Assembly (NCBI GenBank): GCA_964625885.1 | Contig: CAZVBM010000002.1 | Location: 7,537-71,536 of the forward strand | Length of the DNA: 64,000 bases | Direction: 5' to 3' | Source of the DNA: an uncultured Candidatus Saccharibacteria bacterium | Lineage (GTDB): Bacteria > Patescibacteriota > Saccharimonadia > Saccharimonadales > Saccharimonadaceae | Shown: positions 1 through 11,081 of the stretch, piece by piece | Position numbering within the stretch: the stretch's first letter is position 1 | Layout of the letters: each line of letters starts with the position of its first letter | Notes under the pieces: generated by a model | Database searches by the model: none | What the model was told of the DNA's origin: nothing | Seen by the model: only the letters and a program-made list of their open reading frames with translations | Translations under genes and position numbers: made by a program

Positions 1-302
1 GTGGCTGAAATAATTTCGTTTGCCCGTCAATTTCCAGACTGTACCAAACTTCTTTATCGGTAGCTAGGCTGCCTGACAGCACCTGGTAATCCTGTTCTAA
101 AAGTCGCCTTAAACCAACTACATCAATCCGTTCAGTGCGCGACCAGTCATAAATAAACGGCGTATCGTCGAATCGTAAATCCAACCAGCGCCGACCAGTT
201 TCATCCGCTAAAGTTTCGAGCGATTTTGTCAAATGTAAAGTGACAATCTCAACTGATTGCCCCACCAAATAGAGTATTGGTTTTCCCGCCCCTTTTACCA
301 TA
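1..302 (-). CDS. Hypothetical protein, N-terminal part. The ORF runs off the window start.
   Basis: I translated the minus strand by hand from the ATG at 302..300: MVKGAGKPILYLVGQSVEIVTLHLTKSLETLADETGRRWLDLRFDD... It stays open to position 1. I recognise no family. Confidence 0.4.
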
Positions 303-349
303 AGCTTGATTATACTGGATTTAACCAGCCGTCGCAAATCAAATCACAA

Positions 350-3166
350 TTACTTCTTAAAGTATTGTTTCAAATATTGCCCAGTGTATGACTCGCCAAC
401 CCGACTAACATGTTCAGGCGTGCCGGTCGCAACGATTTCGCCGCCACCTTCACCACCTTCTGGGCCAAGATCAATAATCCAATCGGCTGATTTAATTACT
501 TCCAAGTTGTGCTCAATTACCACCACCGTGTTGCCTTCGTCAACTAATTTTTGAATAATATCAAGCAATCGCGCCACGTCGTCAATATGAAGTCCCGTGG
601 TTGGCTCATCAAGGATATAAAGTGTTTTACCAGTAGAGCGACGCGACAGTTCGGTGGCTAACTTAACTCGCTGCGCTTCACCGCCAGAAAGTGTCGTGGC
701 CGATTGACCGAGACCAATATAGCCTAGGCCGACTTCAACCATGGTGTCTAGCTTGCGTTTTAGATTTGGCAGGTTCTTAAAGAATTCAGCCGCTTCTTCA
801 ATCGTCATATCAAGCACATCGCTAATCGACTTACCTTTGTATTTAATCTCTAGAACTTCTTTGTTATAACGCCGACCATGACACTCGTCACAAGTCACGT
901 AAACATCTGGCAAAAAGTGCATCTCGATCTTTTTGACACCGTCGCCCTGACAAGCCTCACAGCGACCGCCTTTGACATTAAAACTAAAACGACCAGCTTT
1001 ATAACCACGTAAGTTGGCTTCGGGTAGCGACGCGAACAGATCGCGAATTTGCGTAAATAAGCCCGTATAAGTTGCTGGATTAGAACGCGGCGTACGCCCA
1101 ATCGCCGACTGATCAATCACGATGACTTTATCAATCTTTTCTAAGCCCTCAACACCATTGTGCTTGCCAGCGATTTCTTTGGCTCGATAAAACCGCGCCA
1201 TCAATTCACGCGCTAATATTTGATTAACCAGGGTAGATTTACCAGAGCCCGACACGCCAGTCACGCAAGTCAAAACGCCAATTGGGAAGCTAACATCAAT
1301 CTTTTTTAGATTGTGCTCACTAGCGCCTAAGACTGTGATCGCCTGATCTTTCTTAACCGCGCGGCGCTTCGCCGGCAAAGCGATTTTCTTTTTGCCACCC
1401 ATGTATTGCCCAGTGATGCTAGCTGGATTTTGCATCACCTCTTCGGGCGTACCAGCCGCGACGATTTCACCACCATGTTTACCAGCACCTGGACCAACAT
1501 CAATCAGATAATCGGCCTGACGAATCGTATCTTCGTCGTGCTCCACGACCAAAACTGTATTACCTAAGTCACGTAAATGTCTAAGCGTATCAAGTAGACG
1601 ATTATTATCACGCTGATGCAAACCGATTGATGGTTCGTCTAAAACATAAAGCACACCTTGTAAGCCAGAGCCAATTTGTGTTGCCAGACGGATGCGCTGT
1701 GATTCACCACCAGAGAGCGTATTAGCCGCTCGCCCAAGCGCCAAATAATTCAAACCAACATCGTGCAAGAAATCCAAGCGCGCCATAATTTCTTTGATAA
1801 TTGGCCGAGCGATTAGCATTTTTTCGTCCGACAATTTGATATGGGCAAAATACTCCACCGCTCGATCCACTGGTAAATCACTGACGTCCATAATACTTTT
1901 ATCAGCCACCGTGACCGCCAAAACTTCTGGCTTGAGTCGGCGACCTTTGCAAGCGTGGCAAGGAATTTCGCGCATAAAACGCTCGATATCTTTGCGAATA
2001 AATTCGGAGTCAGTTTCACGATGACGTCGCTCCAAGTTAGGGATCACCCCTTCGAAAATCGTGTCAAACGACCGGCCATTGCCAGCCTCCACGCTATAAG
2101 TATGGTCGCCAGTGCCATATAAAATTAACTGAACTTGATCTTTGGATAGTTTCTTAATCGGCACGCGCAAACTAAAGCCGTTCGCCTCAGCCACCACACT
2201 CAGGCGTTTGAGATACCAACTCTCATAACCAAGGCGATTATATGGCCGGATGCCACCCTCAGCAATAGTTAGGTTTGGATTTAAAACTAAACTTGAATCA
2301 ATCTCCTGACGAATACCCAGTCCAGTACAAACTGGACAAGCACCTAATGGCGCATTGAAACTAAACAAACGCGGTTCGAGTTCAGGAATGTTAACTTCTG
2401 GATGGACTGGACAGGCGTAGCGCAAGGAATAGTCAACGATTTCTTCCGTGTCAGCATCCAGAATTTCCACCACTTCGTTGCCGTGCTGTAAGGCTTGCTC
2501 AACCGAGTTGGTCAAACGCGCGCTCAAATCTGGACTCACTACCAAACGATCAACCACCAGCTCGATAGTATGTTTGTAGCTCTTTTGTAATTCAGGAAAT
2601 TCGTCCAAGTCATAAATCACACCATTAACCCGCACCCGGGCGTAGCCTTGCTTGGCATACTCGGCCGGAACATGCGCAAACTCACCCTTTTTTGCCTTAA
2701 CCAGTGGCGCCAAAATAATAATTCGCTTGCCCATAAAAGTCGCAGTGATTTCATCGATAATTGATTGCTCAGTTTGGCGCGAGACCTCACGGCCACAAAT
2801 CGGACAGTGCGGTACACCAACGCGAGCAAACAAGAGGCGCATATAGTCATAAATCTCGGTCACGGTTGCTACGGTTGAACGCGGATTGCGCGAAGCGGTT
2901 TTTTGATCAATTGAAATCGCTGGCGACAGGCCGGTAATCATATCAACGTCGGGTTTGTCCATGATGCCTAAGAATTGCCGCGCATAGCTAGACAAGCTCT
3001 CAACATAACGACGCTGGCCCTCGGCGTAAATCGTATCAAACGCCAAGGTTGATTTACCCGAACCAGACAAGCCAGTAATCACCACCAGCTTATCACGCGG
3101 AATCTTTAGATCGATATTTTTCAAATTGTGCTGACGCGCACCTTTTATCTCAATATAATCTTGCAT
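350..3166 (-). CDS. uvrA: Excinuclease ABC subunit A (UvrA)
   Basis: 938 aa with two ABC ATPase modules ([20 protein letters not shown]; LSGGE signatures) and CxxC zinc-finger pairs. The length and N-terminus [18 protein letters not shown] are typical of UvrA. Confidence 0.97.
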   Translation of the reverse strand: MQDYIEIKGARQHNLKNIDLKIPRDKLVVITGLSGSGKSTLAFDTIYAEGQRRYVESLSSYARQFLGIMDKPDVDMITGLSPAISIDQKTASRNPRSTVATVTEIYDYMRLLFARVGVPHCPICGREVSRQTEQSIIDEITATFMGKRIIILAPLVKAKKGEFAHVPAEYAKQGYARVRVNGVIYDLDEFPELQKSYKHTIELVVDRLVVSPDLSARLTNSVEQALQHGNEVVEILDADTEEIVDYSLRYACPVHPEVNIPELEPRLFSFNAPLGACPVCTGLGIRQEIDSSLVLNPNLTIAEGGIRPYNRLGYESWYLKRLSVVAEANGFSLRVPIKKLSKDQVQLILYGTGDHTYSVEAGNGRSFDTIFEGVIPNLERRHRETDSEFIRKDIERFMREIPCHACKGRRLKPEVLAVTVADKSIMDVSDLPVDRAVEYFAHIKLSDEKMLIARPIIKEIMARLDFLHDVGLNYLALGRAANTLSGGESQRIRLATQIGSGLQGVLYVLDEPSIGLHQRDNNRLLDTLRHLRDLGNTVLVVEHDEDTIRQADYLIDVGPGAGKHGGEIVAAGTPEEVMQNPASITGQYMGGKKKIALPAKRRAVKKDQAITVLGASEHNLKKIDVSFPIGVLTCVTGVSGSGKSTLVNQILARELMARFYRAKEIAGKHNGVEGLEKIDKVIVIDQSAIGRTPRSNPATYTGLFTQIRDLFASLPEANLRGYKAGRFSFNVKGGRCEACQGDGVKKIEMHFLPDVYVTCDECHGRRYNKEVLEIKYKGKSISDVLDMTIEEAAEFFKNLPNLKRKLDTMVEVGLGYIGLGQSATTLSGGEAQRVKLATELSRRSTGKTLYILDEPTTGLHIDDVARLLDIIQKLVDEGNTVVVIEHNLEVIKSADWIIDLGPEGGEGGGEIVATGTPEHVSRVGESYTGQYLKQYFKK

Positions 3167-3228
3167 AAAGCCGCTAGATTATAACATAGATAGGCGGTTT
3201 TTACCAGATGTGCACACAACTCGTGCTA

Positions 3229-3257
3229 TCTTGACAAAAGCAAGCATTAGTGCTATA
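3229..3257 (+). promoter_or_regulatory. Sigma70-like promoter (TTGACA, 17-nt spacer, TATAAT) for the 3326 ORF
   Basis: ttgaca at 3229-3234 and tataat at 3252-3257. An AGGAGG Shine-Dalgarno lies about 10 nt before the ATG at 3326. Confidence 0.6.
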
Positions 3258-3325
3258 ATAGAAAGACGCTAGGTCTTACCTAGTAGTACGGTCGCTAAGC
3301 GACTAAAAATTAGGAGGCTTTAAAA

Positions 3326-3766
3326 ATGGCAAAGGAACTAGTGATAACGCGTCGCGTTACCAAGGACGGGGACTTATCTTATAGGTTCCCAAAGGAGTCC
3401 CCGCACGGACTGCCTGAAGCGCTATTTTTAATGACAGGAAGAGGTGTTGTTGGCTTAAAGAAACAACGACAACATCTCAATCTGAAGTTTGCCAATCAGT
3501 CTCAGATGAACTTCATTGGCAACCTGTTCAGTTCTGGTGTGGTCTTTATGCTTACGATCACAAAAGACGAAGTGGTCGCAACTGTTAACCCCGACCTGAG
3601 TAATGGCGACATGGACAAAATAATGTCCACGCAATTTGAGTTACTCACGGGAGACGACTGTCAGATCAAGCCATCTGGGGAGTGGGCAAGATCGATTGCC
3701 AATGTAATCGAAGGCCTAAACGGCCTAAAAGTTGTGAGACTGTGCGAAATTCCTGTTCTCGCCTAA
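3326..3766 (+). CDS. Hypothetical protein (146 aa)
   Basis: An ORF with a consensus promoter, a strong SD and a downstream hairpin terminator. No recognisable motif. It is a plus-strand singleton among minus-strand genes. Confidence 0.6.
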   Translation: MAKELVITRRVTKDGDLSYRFPKESPHGLPEALFLMTGRGVVGLKKQRQHLNLKFANQSQMNFIGNLFSSGVVFMLTITKDEVVATVNPDLSNGDMDKIMSTQFELLTGDDCQIKPSGEWARSIANVIEGLNGLKVVRLCEIPVLA

Positions 3767-3771
3767 CCCTC

Positions 3772-3803
3772 AGAGCCAACCTAACAAGGTTGGCTCTTTT
3801 CTT
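3772..3803. terminator. Bidirectional intrinsic terminator hairpin between convergent genes
   Basis: agagccaacc-taacaa-ggttggctct followed by a T-run, located between the stop of the 3326 ORF and the stop of sbcB. Confidence 0.6.
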
Positions 3804-3807
3804 TGGC

Positions 3808-5274
3808 TTAAAAACTATCAGCTGGCGCCAGACTCTCCAGCCACAATTTTAATTCGCTGACATAAAACTCAGCTGATTCATTTTGCGCCAGAGATTCTAG
3901 CTCTTGCATAAAACTTGGCAACTGACACTGTAGACGTGCCGTGCGCCACTTTTCCCACCTTAGAGCTTCAGCTTCACTTAAACTGCGTGGGAAAGACCGA
4001 GCTTTGTAACCTAAGAACAGTTCTGGCAGGCGCTCATCACTAAACTCAGCTCGATATTCGCGTAGTTCATCGCTCGACAATCGACTAATCTCCTGCGTTC
4101 TTCGCCTATCTGAGTCATCTAAAAACGCATCGTATAATCGCTCTTCAGCAGGAGCTGGCGACTCATCAGTGAATTTCTGTTCGATTTGACGTTCTTTTAA
4201 GTCAGCTAATATATTAATGTTTTGAATCAGCTTTGGATTATCTTGCAAAGTTTTTACACGCTGTTTGATTGTTTCTGGATCAAGTTTCAGACGAGCATAA
4301 TCTTCTTTGCGCAGCACCGACATGGGCGCGACGGCCGGGCAGCGATTGTAGCGCAAAGTTTTAAAATAAACTCGCCTTTCGTTCACTTCTGCGTCATCAT
4401 TTTCGTCATCAGATTTGACATCTTTAAATTTTGAGTATTTAGCAAGAAAAGTGGCAAGTTCGGCAGGGGACTTGTCCAGCAAATCCGCCGGATCATAGCG
4501 CAAATTATAAACCATAATGTTGTTATTTTTACAATCAAAAATAGGGTAGGCGAGGGTAGTTTTTTCAAATTCTGATTCTAGTCGCCCACTGCTATACACA
4601 AACGGCGCTGGATGATCTAAATTAACTAGCTGCTGTACCGACTTTTTGTCGCGCATTTTTAGTAGATACCCCCACATTTTCGGGTCGGACTCTTTAATTA
4701 ACCGCCCCACCCCAATCAACGCCTCGACATCACTCAGAGCGTCATGCGCATGAGTATGCTCAAGATTGTTCAGCTTACTTAACAATTCCAGGCGGTTAGT
4801 TGCTTTGCCCTCGTCGTCAACCGGCCAGTTGATTTTGCCTGGCCGCACGGCGCGCGTAAAACGCACTACGTCGAGTAAGTCCCAACGACTACGACCGTCT
4901 TTATAGGCCCACTCATACGGATCACGAAAATTACGCCAAAATAGATGGCGAATGAACTCATCGTCAAAACGGACGTTATTATAGCCAACCACGATGGTGT
5001 TTGGCGTCAACATCTCGTTTAAAATTAGATCGCAAGCCTCAGCTTCGGTATAGCCTTCTTCAATGGTTTTTTGGGGCGTAATGCCCGTGACGCTGATCGC
5101 CATCGGACTAGGCAAAGTGTCTTCGCTCAGTTTAATTAAAAAATTATACGGCGCGCCAATTGGGTTTAAATCAAGATCGGTGCGCTGAGCGGCAAATTGC
5201 ATGATTCGATCAGAGCGTGGATTAAGTCCACTAGTTTCTAAATCGTAAAAAACAAAGCTTGGCTCAGGCATCAA
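3808..5274 (-). CDS. sbcB: Exodeoxyribonuclease I (SbcB)
   Basis: 488 aa. The N-terminal DEDDh exonuclease motif FVFYDLETSGLNP and the HDALSD motif match Exo I in length and architecture. Confidence 0.85.
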   Translation of the reverse strand: MMPEPSFVFYDLETSGLNPRSDRIMQFAAQRTDLDLNPIGAPYNFLIKLSEDTLPSPMAISVTGITPQKTIEEGYTEAEACDLILNEMLTPNTIVVGYNNVRFDDEFIRHLFWRNFRDPYEWAYKDGRSRWDLLDVVRFTRAVRPGKINWPVDDEGKATNRLELLSKLNNLEHTHAHDALSDVEALIGVGRLIKESDPKMWGYLLKMRDKKSVQQLVNLDHPAPFVYSSGRLESEFEKTTLAYPIFDCKNNNIMVYNLRYDPADLLDKSPAELATFLAKYSKFKDVKSDDENDDAEVNERRVYFKTLRYNRCPAVAPMSVLRKEDYARLKLDPETIKQRVKTLQDNPKLIQNINILADLKERQIEQKFTDESPAPAEERLYDAFLDDSDRRRTQEISRLSSDELREYRAEFSDERLPELFLGYKARSFPRSLSEAEALRWEKWRTARLQCQLPSFMQELESLAQNESAEFYVSELKLWLESLAPADSF

Positions 5275-6572
5275 TCAATTTCCTCGAGAGTGAATTCTGG
5301 ATCTTCGCCAATTTGCACCAGGCTCTCACCAATCGCGTCCTGCTTGATTAATTCACGCGTAATACCAGTTTTTCGCATAATATCACGCAAGCGATTGAGC
5401 GCTTCCCAACTTGAATAATCAGTGCGACGGCTAAAACGCTCGATTTTCTTACCAGTGACATGAAAAACGTCGCCAGTTTTTTCGACTTGCCATTTATCAG
5501 CTAATGCATCGGCGTCAAGTGAGATAACTGGTATCTCGTCGGCATCGTCTACCGGTGGCTCTTGCTCCAACTCAATCTGGCGCTGGCGTTCAGTCTTAAC
5601 TTGCTCGACCAGAACTCTTAGTAGATCTTTAATGCCCGATTTAGCAATCGAGGAGATAGCGTAGATGGGGGTGTCAGCTGGCACAACTGTGCGCAACCGC
5701 TCAATCTGATGTTTAATGATCTCATCATCTAGTCCATCAGCCTTGGTTAGGGCGACAACCTCTGGCCGTTCGCTCAAAATCACATCATGGGCAATTAATT
5801 CTTGACGAATTGTTGTGTAGTCTTTCGCTACATCATCATGCCAGGCATCAATTAGGTGTAGAAAAACTGCCGTGCGTTCAACATGGCGCAAAAACTCCGC
5901 GCCCAAACCTTTACCCTGACTAGCACCTTCTATTAAGCCTGGAATATCGGCAATCAAGAGGCTTGTGTCGTCAATCTTGGCCACACCCAAATTAGGCACC
6001 AAGGTCGTAAACTCATAATCAGCAATTTCTGGCTTGGCATTTGACACTATTGATAAAAACGTTGACTTACCAACATTGGGTAAGCCAATCAAACCAACAT
6101 CGGCCAACATCTTGAGCTCTAATTCAGCCGTAAATGCCTCGCCAGCCTCACCCCTCTCAGCAATCGTTGGCGCCTGACGCACCGACGATTTAAAATGCCA
6201 ATTACCGAAACCGCCTTCACCACCCCTAGCTATTACTTCTTTTTGACCATCTTCAATTAGGTCGGCAATCACCGCACCGTCACGCTTAACTATAGTGCCA
6301 ATCGGCACGCGAACCACCAAATCAGCGCCGTTTTTGCCGTGTCGCTTAGCTTTGCCACCATTACCGCCATTCTCGGCCGCCAACTCGGGCTGGAAACGCA
6401 AATTAATTAAGGTATCAATATCATGTACGGCTTCGAAAACCACATCACCGCCCTTGCCACCATCGCCACCGTCTGGGCCACCCTTGTCGACAAATTTTTC
6501 CCGACGAAAAGACCGCGCGCCATCACCGCCCTTACCTGCCATCAAGTTAACCGTTACAACATCTACAAACAT
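5271..6572 (-). CDS. obgE: GTPase Obg/CgtA
   Basis: Glycine-rich Obg fold (GKGGDGARSF, GGDGGKGGDV), G-domain GLPNVGKST and DIPGLIEGA, and a C-terminal OCT-like extension. Confidence 0.95.
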   Translation of the reverse strand: MFVDVVTVNLMAGKGGDGARSFRREKFVDKGGPDGGDGGKGGDVVFEAVHDIDTLINLRFQPELAAENGGNGGKAKRHGKNGADLVVRVPIGTIVKRDGAVIADLIEDGQKEVIARGGEGGFGNWHFKSSVRQAPTIAERGEAGEAFTAELELKMLADVGLIGLPNVGKSTFLSIVSNAKPEIADYEFTTLVPNLGVAKIDDTSLLIADIPGLIEGASQGKGLGAEFLRHVERTAVFLHLIDAWHDDVAKDYTTIRQELIAHDVILSERPEVVALTKADGLDDEIIKHQIERLRTVVPADTPIYAISSIAKSGIKDLLRVLVEQVKTERQRQIELEQEPPVDDADEIPVISLDADALADKWQVEKTGDVFHVTGKKIERFSRRTDYSSWEALNRLRDIMRKTGITRELIKQDAIGESLVQIGEDPEFTLEEID

Positions 6573-6596
6573 AATTACCTATTAGTATACGACAAA

Positions 6597-7799
6597 TTAA
6601 CGAATATAGGTGTATTTACCGTAAGTTTCGGCTGTCCACGTCTTGTAGCCGACACACCACAAGCAGTGATTAATGCCGTTCATATCCGACACATTAATCG
6701 AAGCGATTGAGCCGTCTTCATTGTAGTTAACCTTCTCCACCACACCAACATGCCCAGCCCAGCCATCCTTAGTCTGAAAAACCGCGCCAGCCATTGGCAC
6801 ACCCCTAGTAACCGTATAGGCACCCGAGGCAATAGCCGCCGTGTCCCAAGTGCGGGCATTACCCCAGTTACTACCAACCGTCCGTCCACCATTAAGCTCG
6901 GCAAAACGATTATAAGCATACCAGGTACACCAACCGGGAGCATATTTATTACCAGCATAAACGGTTTGCTTGAAAACCGGACGCTTGACTGGTGGTTTAT
7001 AGCCCGGACGCTCGGTCTCTGGCAGGATGCCGTCTGGTATGACAATTTTTGCGCCCACTGACAGGCCACTCAATTCCAGATTATTTATGGCTACAATCTG
7101 ACCGGCTGTTGAGCCATAGCGCTCAATTATAGATTCGTAAGTATCACCAACCTTGACAGTGTAATAGACACCATCAACCGGCAAGAGCCTCAACTCCTGT
7201 CCAATACTTAGACTATCGCCAGTTAAATTATTAGCCCACTTAATGGTCTGAACCGAGATACCATTAGCTGCCGCTATATGCTCAATTGTCTCATCTGGCT
7301 GTACTACGTGCAGCTTTATACCTTGTCGACCACCACCTAAGCTGGCAATCTCTGGTTTAATTAGTACCGGCTCAGCTTTTTGCACAGCGCTGGCTTGAAT
7401 CTCCGCTGACGTTGCTGTATTAGCAGCATAAATTGCCACCGGTAAGTTGGCCTGCTCGGCCACGCTAGCGACGATACCGGCCTCGACCACAGAATCTACC
7501 TTAGAGACGGTTGGTAGCTTTATCTGTTCACTTGGCCTGGTCACGACCGACTCAGTCGACATAACCGCCTTAGATTGCGACGGCAAATAATTTATAGCAA
7601 CAACACTAAACAATAGAATAAATGGTATCATCACCAAGAACTTCCAAAAACGTCGCGACATCGACCTAGGGCCAGCATTCTTAGCAATTTGTTTAGCAAT
7701 CTGCTTCTGGCTACGCCTGTCAGCTCGACGCTTACGCGCCGCACTGAGTTTTAGTTTAACAAAATTTTTTATAAATCTTCTCCGGCTAATTGTTGCCAA
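6597..7799 (-). CDS. Secreted or membrane-anchored peptidoglycan hydrolase with two LysM domains and a C-terminal CHAP domain
   Basis: N-terminal TM segment. Two LysM-like repeats (HVVQPDETIEHIAAANGISVQTIKWANNL; YTVKVGDTYESIIERYGSTAGQIVAINNL). CHAP-like CTWYAYNRF...GHVGVVE. Confidence 0.8.
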   Translation of the reverse strand: MATISRRRFIKNFVKLKLSAARKRRADRRSQKQIAKQIAKNAGPRSMSRRFWKFLVMIPFILLFSVVAINYLPSQSKAVMSTESVVTRPSEQIKLPTVSKVDSVVEAGIVASVAEQANLPVAIYAANTATSAEIQASAVQKAEPVLIKPEIASLGGGRQGIKLHVVQPDETIEHIAAANGISVQTIKWANNLTGDSLSIGQELRLLPVDGVYYTVKVGDTYESIIERYGSTAGQIVAINNLELSGLSVGAKIVIPDGILPETERPGYKPPVKRPVFKQTVYAGNKYAPGWCTWYAYNRFAELNGGRTVGSNWGNARTWDTAAIASGAYTVTRGVPMAGAVFQTKDGWAGHVGVVEKVNYNEDGSIASINVSDMNGINHCLWCVGYKTWTAETYGKYTYIR

Positions 7800-7961
7800 T
7801 TAGCATTAGCAATTTACATTAGCGGGCGCTCGACCATTTGATTAGCTTATTTCCCGTGCTAAATTGCTAAGCATACCTCTGTTTCTAAAGGCATTTCCAC
7901 CCCTTTAAAATACACAAATATACCATATAATTCTAACAAATTAGAGCTTTTAGTCAAATGA

Positions 7962-9077
7962 CTACTGAACTGAGCAGCCGATTTTACAGTGGTCGCGGAT
8001 ATTGCGCTCATGCTCAGCGTTGGTGCGCGCAAAATAGGTCTTGCCGTCGTCACCAGTCAGAAAGTAGCTATAGTCGCCTTCGGCCGGGTTAGCCACAGCC
8101 AAGAGTGAACTATTGGATGGAGACGAAATCGGCGTTGGTGGCCAACCAGCATAGCGCCTAGTATTATAAGGTGAGTCTATGTACAAGTTATTCTTTGTGC
8201 CCGCCAGGCGCGAAGCGTAGTGATAAGTCACATCTGAACCAAATTTATCACCAGAACGAGCTCGTCTTAGAAAGATTTGTGCCGCCTGAGCTCGATCGGC
8301 CTTGATGGTTAGCTCTTTTTCAATCATTGAAGCCATGATTATCCCCTGATAGAGAGTCAACCCCCGAGCCTCATATTTCTTCACCAAATCATTATCGACA
8401 ATGAATTTGTAGTAGTGATCAAAGTCATATTTGAGAACATCTTCGAGCGAGGCGTTGATATCAAAATGAAGCGTCTCGGGATAAATTAACCCCTCTAGGC
8501 TTGTTACTTCAGGCAAAAGTTTAAAAAGCGGGTGATCGCGCTGAACTTTGGCGAAAGCGACATCAATTTGTTCGTCGCTGAAGCCAACTTTGCGAAGCGC
8601 TTCACGATGAGTGGTAGTAGTGTCGTTTTCGTAAAACTTAAAATTAAGCGTTGCTCCTGGAAAGAACGTTACTATCATTTGCTGTTTTTGCCCGCCAGAA
8701 GTTAGAGCCTTAACAATCTCGGCAACCGACATTGACGATTTTAAATGATACACCCCTTCTTGCAGTAAACCACCGGTTTTGTTAAGCCGATTATAAAGTT
8801 CAAAGGCACGCTGATCACGAATCAAGCTATGCTCTTTGAGTTTCTTGGCAATTAAGGCCGAATTATCACCTTTTTTCACAACAAATTCGACTACGTCCTC
8901 AGACTGGTTGTTTACCGATTTGATACTGTCTTGATACCACTTATAGGCTAAACCAAATGCGCCAGCCGCCAATATCACAATCGCGCCAACAACCATTAGC
9001 AACCGTTTCAACCAAGCTCGACGAGGTTTAACAGCAACATTGTCGCTATTCAAAGCTAACTTCTTTTTACCAATCAT
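7962..9077 (-). CDS. mltG: Endolytic murein transglycosylase MltG (YceG family)
   Basis: N-terminal TM helix followed by a YceG-like domain (...YFLTGDDGKTYFARTNAEH). Size 371 aa. Confidence 0.8.
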   Translation of the reverse strand: MIGKKKLALNSDNVAVKPRRAWLKRLLMVVGAIVILAAGAFGLAYKWYQDSIKSVNNQSEDVVEFVVKKGDNSALIAKKLKEHSLIRDQRAFELYNRLNKTGGLLQEGVYHLKSSMSVAEIVKALTSGGQKQQMIVTFFPGATLNFKFYENDTTTTHREALRKVGFSDEQIDVAFAKVQRDHPLFKLLPEVTSLEGLIYPETLHFDINASLEDVLKYDFDHYYKFIVDNDLVKKYEARGLTLYQGIIMASMIEKELTIKADRAQAAQIFLRRARSGDKFGSDVTYHYASRLAGTKNNLYIDSPYNTRRYAGWPPTPISSPSNSSLLAVANPAEGDYSYFLTGDDGKTYFARTNAEHERNIRDHCKIGCSVQ

Positions 9078-9475
9078 AAACTCTCCAAAAAATCTTCTAG
9101 TATCATCACCGCCGCCATCGCATCAATGTCAGCTTTGCTATAAGGCTTACCGTAGCTTTTTAGACGCTCCTCTGCCAGCACGCTAGTCACCGACTCATCC
9201 TGAAAGACTACTCTAGAAAATACTTGGCGCAACTTTTGAGCGAAAGCTTCCACCTCAGCGGTTTGCTTAGTTGGCTCGCCCGATTGATTGCGTGGATAGC
9301 CGACGATAATCTTATCAATGCTTTCCAGTTCAGCTAGCCTAACAATTTCGTCAATAGCCCGGTCATCATTGGTGATAGTTTCTTGCGGAATGGCAATTTT
9401 TATTTGACTGTCACCTAATGCTACACCAATCCGGCTTGCACCGTAATCTAGTGAAAGATAGTTCTTAACCGACAT
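9074..9475 (-). CDS. ruvX: Putative pre-16S rRNA nuclease / Holliday junction resolvase-like RuvX (YqgF)
   Basis: 133 aa. LSLDYGASRIGVALGD N-terminus and GYPRNQSGEPT motif typical of YqgF. The start overlaps the mltG stop. Confidence 0.85.
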   Translation of the reverse strand: MSVKNYLSLDYGASRIGVALGDSQIKIAIPQETITNDDRAIDEIVRLAELESIDKIIVGYPRNQSGEPTKQTAEVEAFAQKLRQVFSRVVFQDESVTSVLAEERLKSYGKPYSKADIDAMAAVMILEDFLESL

Positions 9476-9476
9476 A

Positions 9477-11081
9477 TTACTGCAAATCTACACTAACAGT
9501 TATGCGATCAATATTGTTTGGCACACGGCGCACCCACATTGGTCGAAAATCAACCGTAACCGTCTCAATACCATCGATTGCCTCGTAGCGATCCTGGATC
9601 TCGCCATGACTCTTCCCTTTGGCGAATTCTTTGATTTCGTCGATGCTGACATCTGGTCCAATGCGCACCTGAGTAATAACCTTTACCGAGACAGCACCAT
9701 CTTTGGAAGTGAAGTCATCAAATTGCAACTGGTCGTCGCCCGACTGATAAACTTTTTGCTTAACTCGAGTCTCCTGCTCCTGTTTTAGCACTAGTTGGTC
9801 GATATACTCTACTAGACGACCGCGAACAACCGCCGTCAACGAGTATTTAACCGTTTGCTCAAGCGTCGCTTTGTTCTCGGGAGCCTCTTTACCAACTTCA
9901 ATCGAACTCTTGGCTTCGCCAGCTTCAATCTTAAGGCTTTCATTTATAACCACCGCCGAAGCATCAAATTTGTTTTTCAACTCACTCAGCGCCTCTTCCT
10001 TGCCAAGTTCGGCGATCTTTTCTTTGGCGGCATTGACGTCAGCTTCTGTTATAACCTTAACCACTCGATCAGTTCCGCCAGTCATATCCGAGCCATAGCC
10101 AGTAACGTAACCAATGGATGATTTATGGTCGCCTTCTTTAATGTTACAAGTCGCGCCCGGAGCGGTTGCAACAACCGCCACGGTTTTACGATCTGGCTTG
10201 GGGTCGAAAATTGAGCCGGTTGGACGCGCCAACGACACCGCCTCCTGCGTCACAAAAGTACAGCCGTCTTTACTAAAACTCGCTCCCGCTGGTACGGTAA
10301 CGGCCACCATGGCCGTGTTAGTAATAGTCATCTTACCCTGCGCCTTTTCGCCCACGTTTTTATCGCCAGTTGCCGCGAATTCCAGCTTGCGACTTTTTTC
10401 TAAAACCTGTGATTGGGCGTGAACAATATGATTGTCGTGATTTGTTTTAGATGAGTCTTCAGTCAATTGGACCACCTGACTGACGTTGACTAACTTAGTT
10501 TTGGTCTTCAAAACAATTGAAGCTTCGGGCGCAAAGACCAAAGCCCAAACTAGGCCGGCCGCTAGTAGCAACAAGAATACTGCCGACCAGATTAACTTCT
10601 TGCGAGCACCACTGAGCTTAGCCAAGAAACCTGACTTAACAGGCTTATCTATCGGCGGCTGGGGTGTAGGATCAGTCGGGTCATCAATAACGTCGGCCGT
10701 AGAAACTTTGGCGTTATTTTTTAGCGACGGACTGGCCGCCACCAATTCACCAACTGGCATGGTCTCACCATCAATTAAGTCGTCTTCCGGTTTGTCAATC
10801 GGCAGCTTAGCCAACACTGGCTTAGACTGTAAGGTCTTAGCCACTGGTATCTTCGCCATGGCAGCTAGTTTTGACAACGAATCTTTCGTTGTAATAATTA
10901 CAATATATTTCTTGGCTTCTTTGGCTGCCCGTGCCAATAAGTGTAAATTAACCGCACTTTGCAACAGGCCAATCTGCTTAGGCGGCACCAGGGCAACGAT
11001 TTTTTCCTTAGAATGCTTAATCTTCTCGATCACACTAGTGATATCATCGTTTATATCAATATAGACTACTTCTTTACTCAT
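9477..11081 (-). CDS. Hypothetical bitopic membrane protein (534 aa) immediately downstream of ftsA
   Basis: Long ORF with a central TM helix (LIWSAVFLLLLAAGLVWALVFAP). Its start overlaps the ftsA stop by 1 nt. I recognise no family. Confidence 0.7.
   Translation of the reverse strand: MSKEVVYIDINDDITSVIEKIKHSKEKIVALVPPKQIGLLQSAVNLHLLARAAKEAKKYIVIITTKDSLSKLAAMAKIPVAKTLQSKPVLAKLPIDKPEDDLIDGETMPVGELVAASPSLKNNAKVSTADVIDDPTDPTPQPPIDKPVKSGFLAKLSGARKKLIWSAVFLLLLAAGLVWALVFAPEASIVLKTKTKLVNVSQVVQLTEDSSKTNHDNHIVHAQSQVLEKSRKLEFAATGDKNVGEKAQGKMTITNTAMVAVTVPAGASFSKDGCTFVTQEAVSLARPTGSIFDPKPDRKTVAVVATAPGATCNIKEGDHKSSIGYVTGYGSDMTGGTDRVVKVITEADVNAAKEKIAELGKEEALSELKNKFDASAVVINESLKIEAGEAKSSIEVGKEAPENKATLEQTVKYSLTAVVRGRLVEYIDQLVLKQEQETRVKQKVYQSGDDQLQFDDFTSKDGAVSVKVITQVRIGPDVSIDEIKEFAKGKSHGEIQDRYEAIDGIETVTVDFRPMWVRRVPNNIDRITVSVDLQ

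Noticed and set aside
10486-11064. Long antisense or shadow ORFs inside well-supported genes, for example 10486..11064(+), 13566..14096(+), 44440..44928(+), 6680..7069(-), 21126..21557(-), 21199..21636(+), 37007..37339(+), 59739..60104(+) and 60153..60527(+)
   Set aside because: Each lies wholly within a longer ORF with clear family motifs. They lack an SD or promoter and have low-complexity or biased composition typical of out-of-frame translation.
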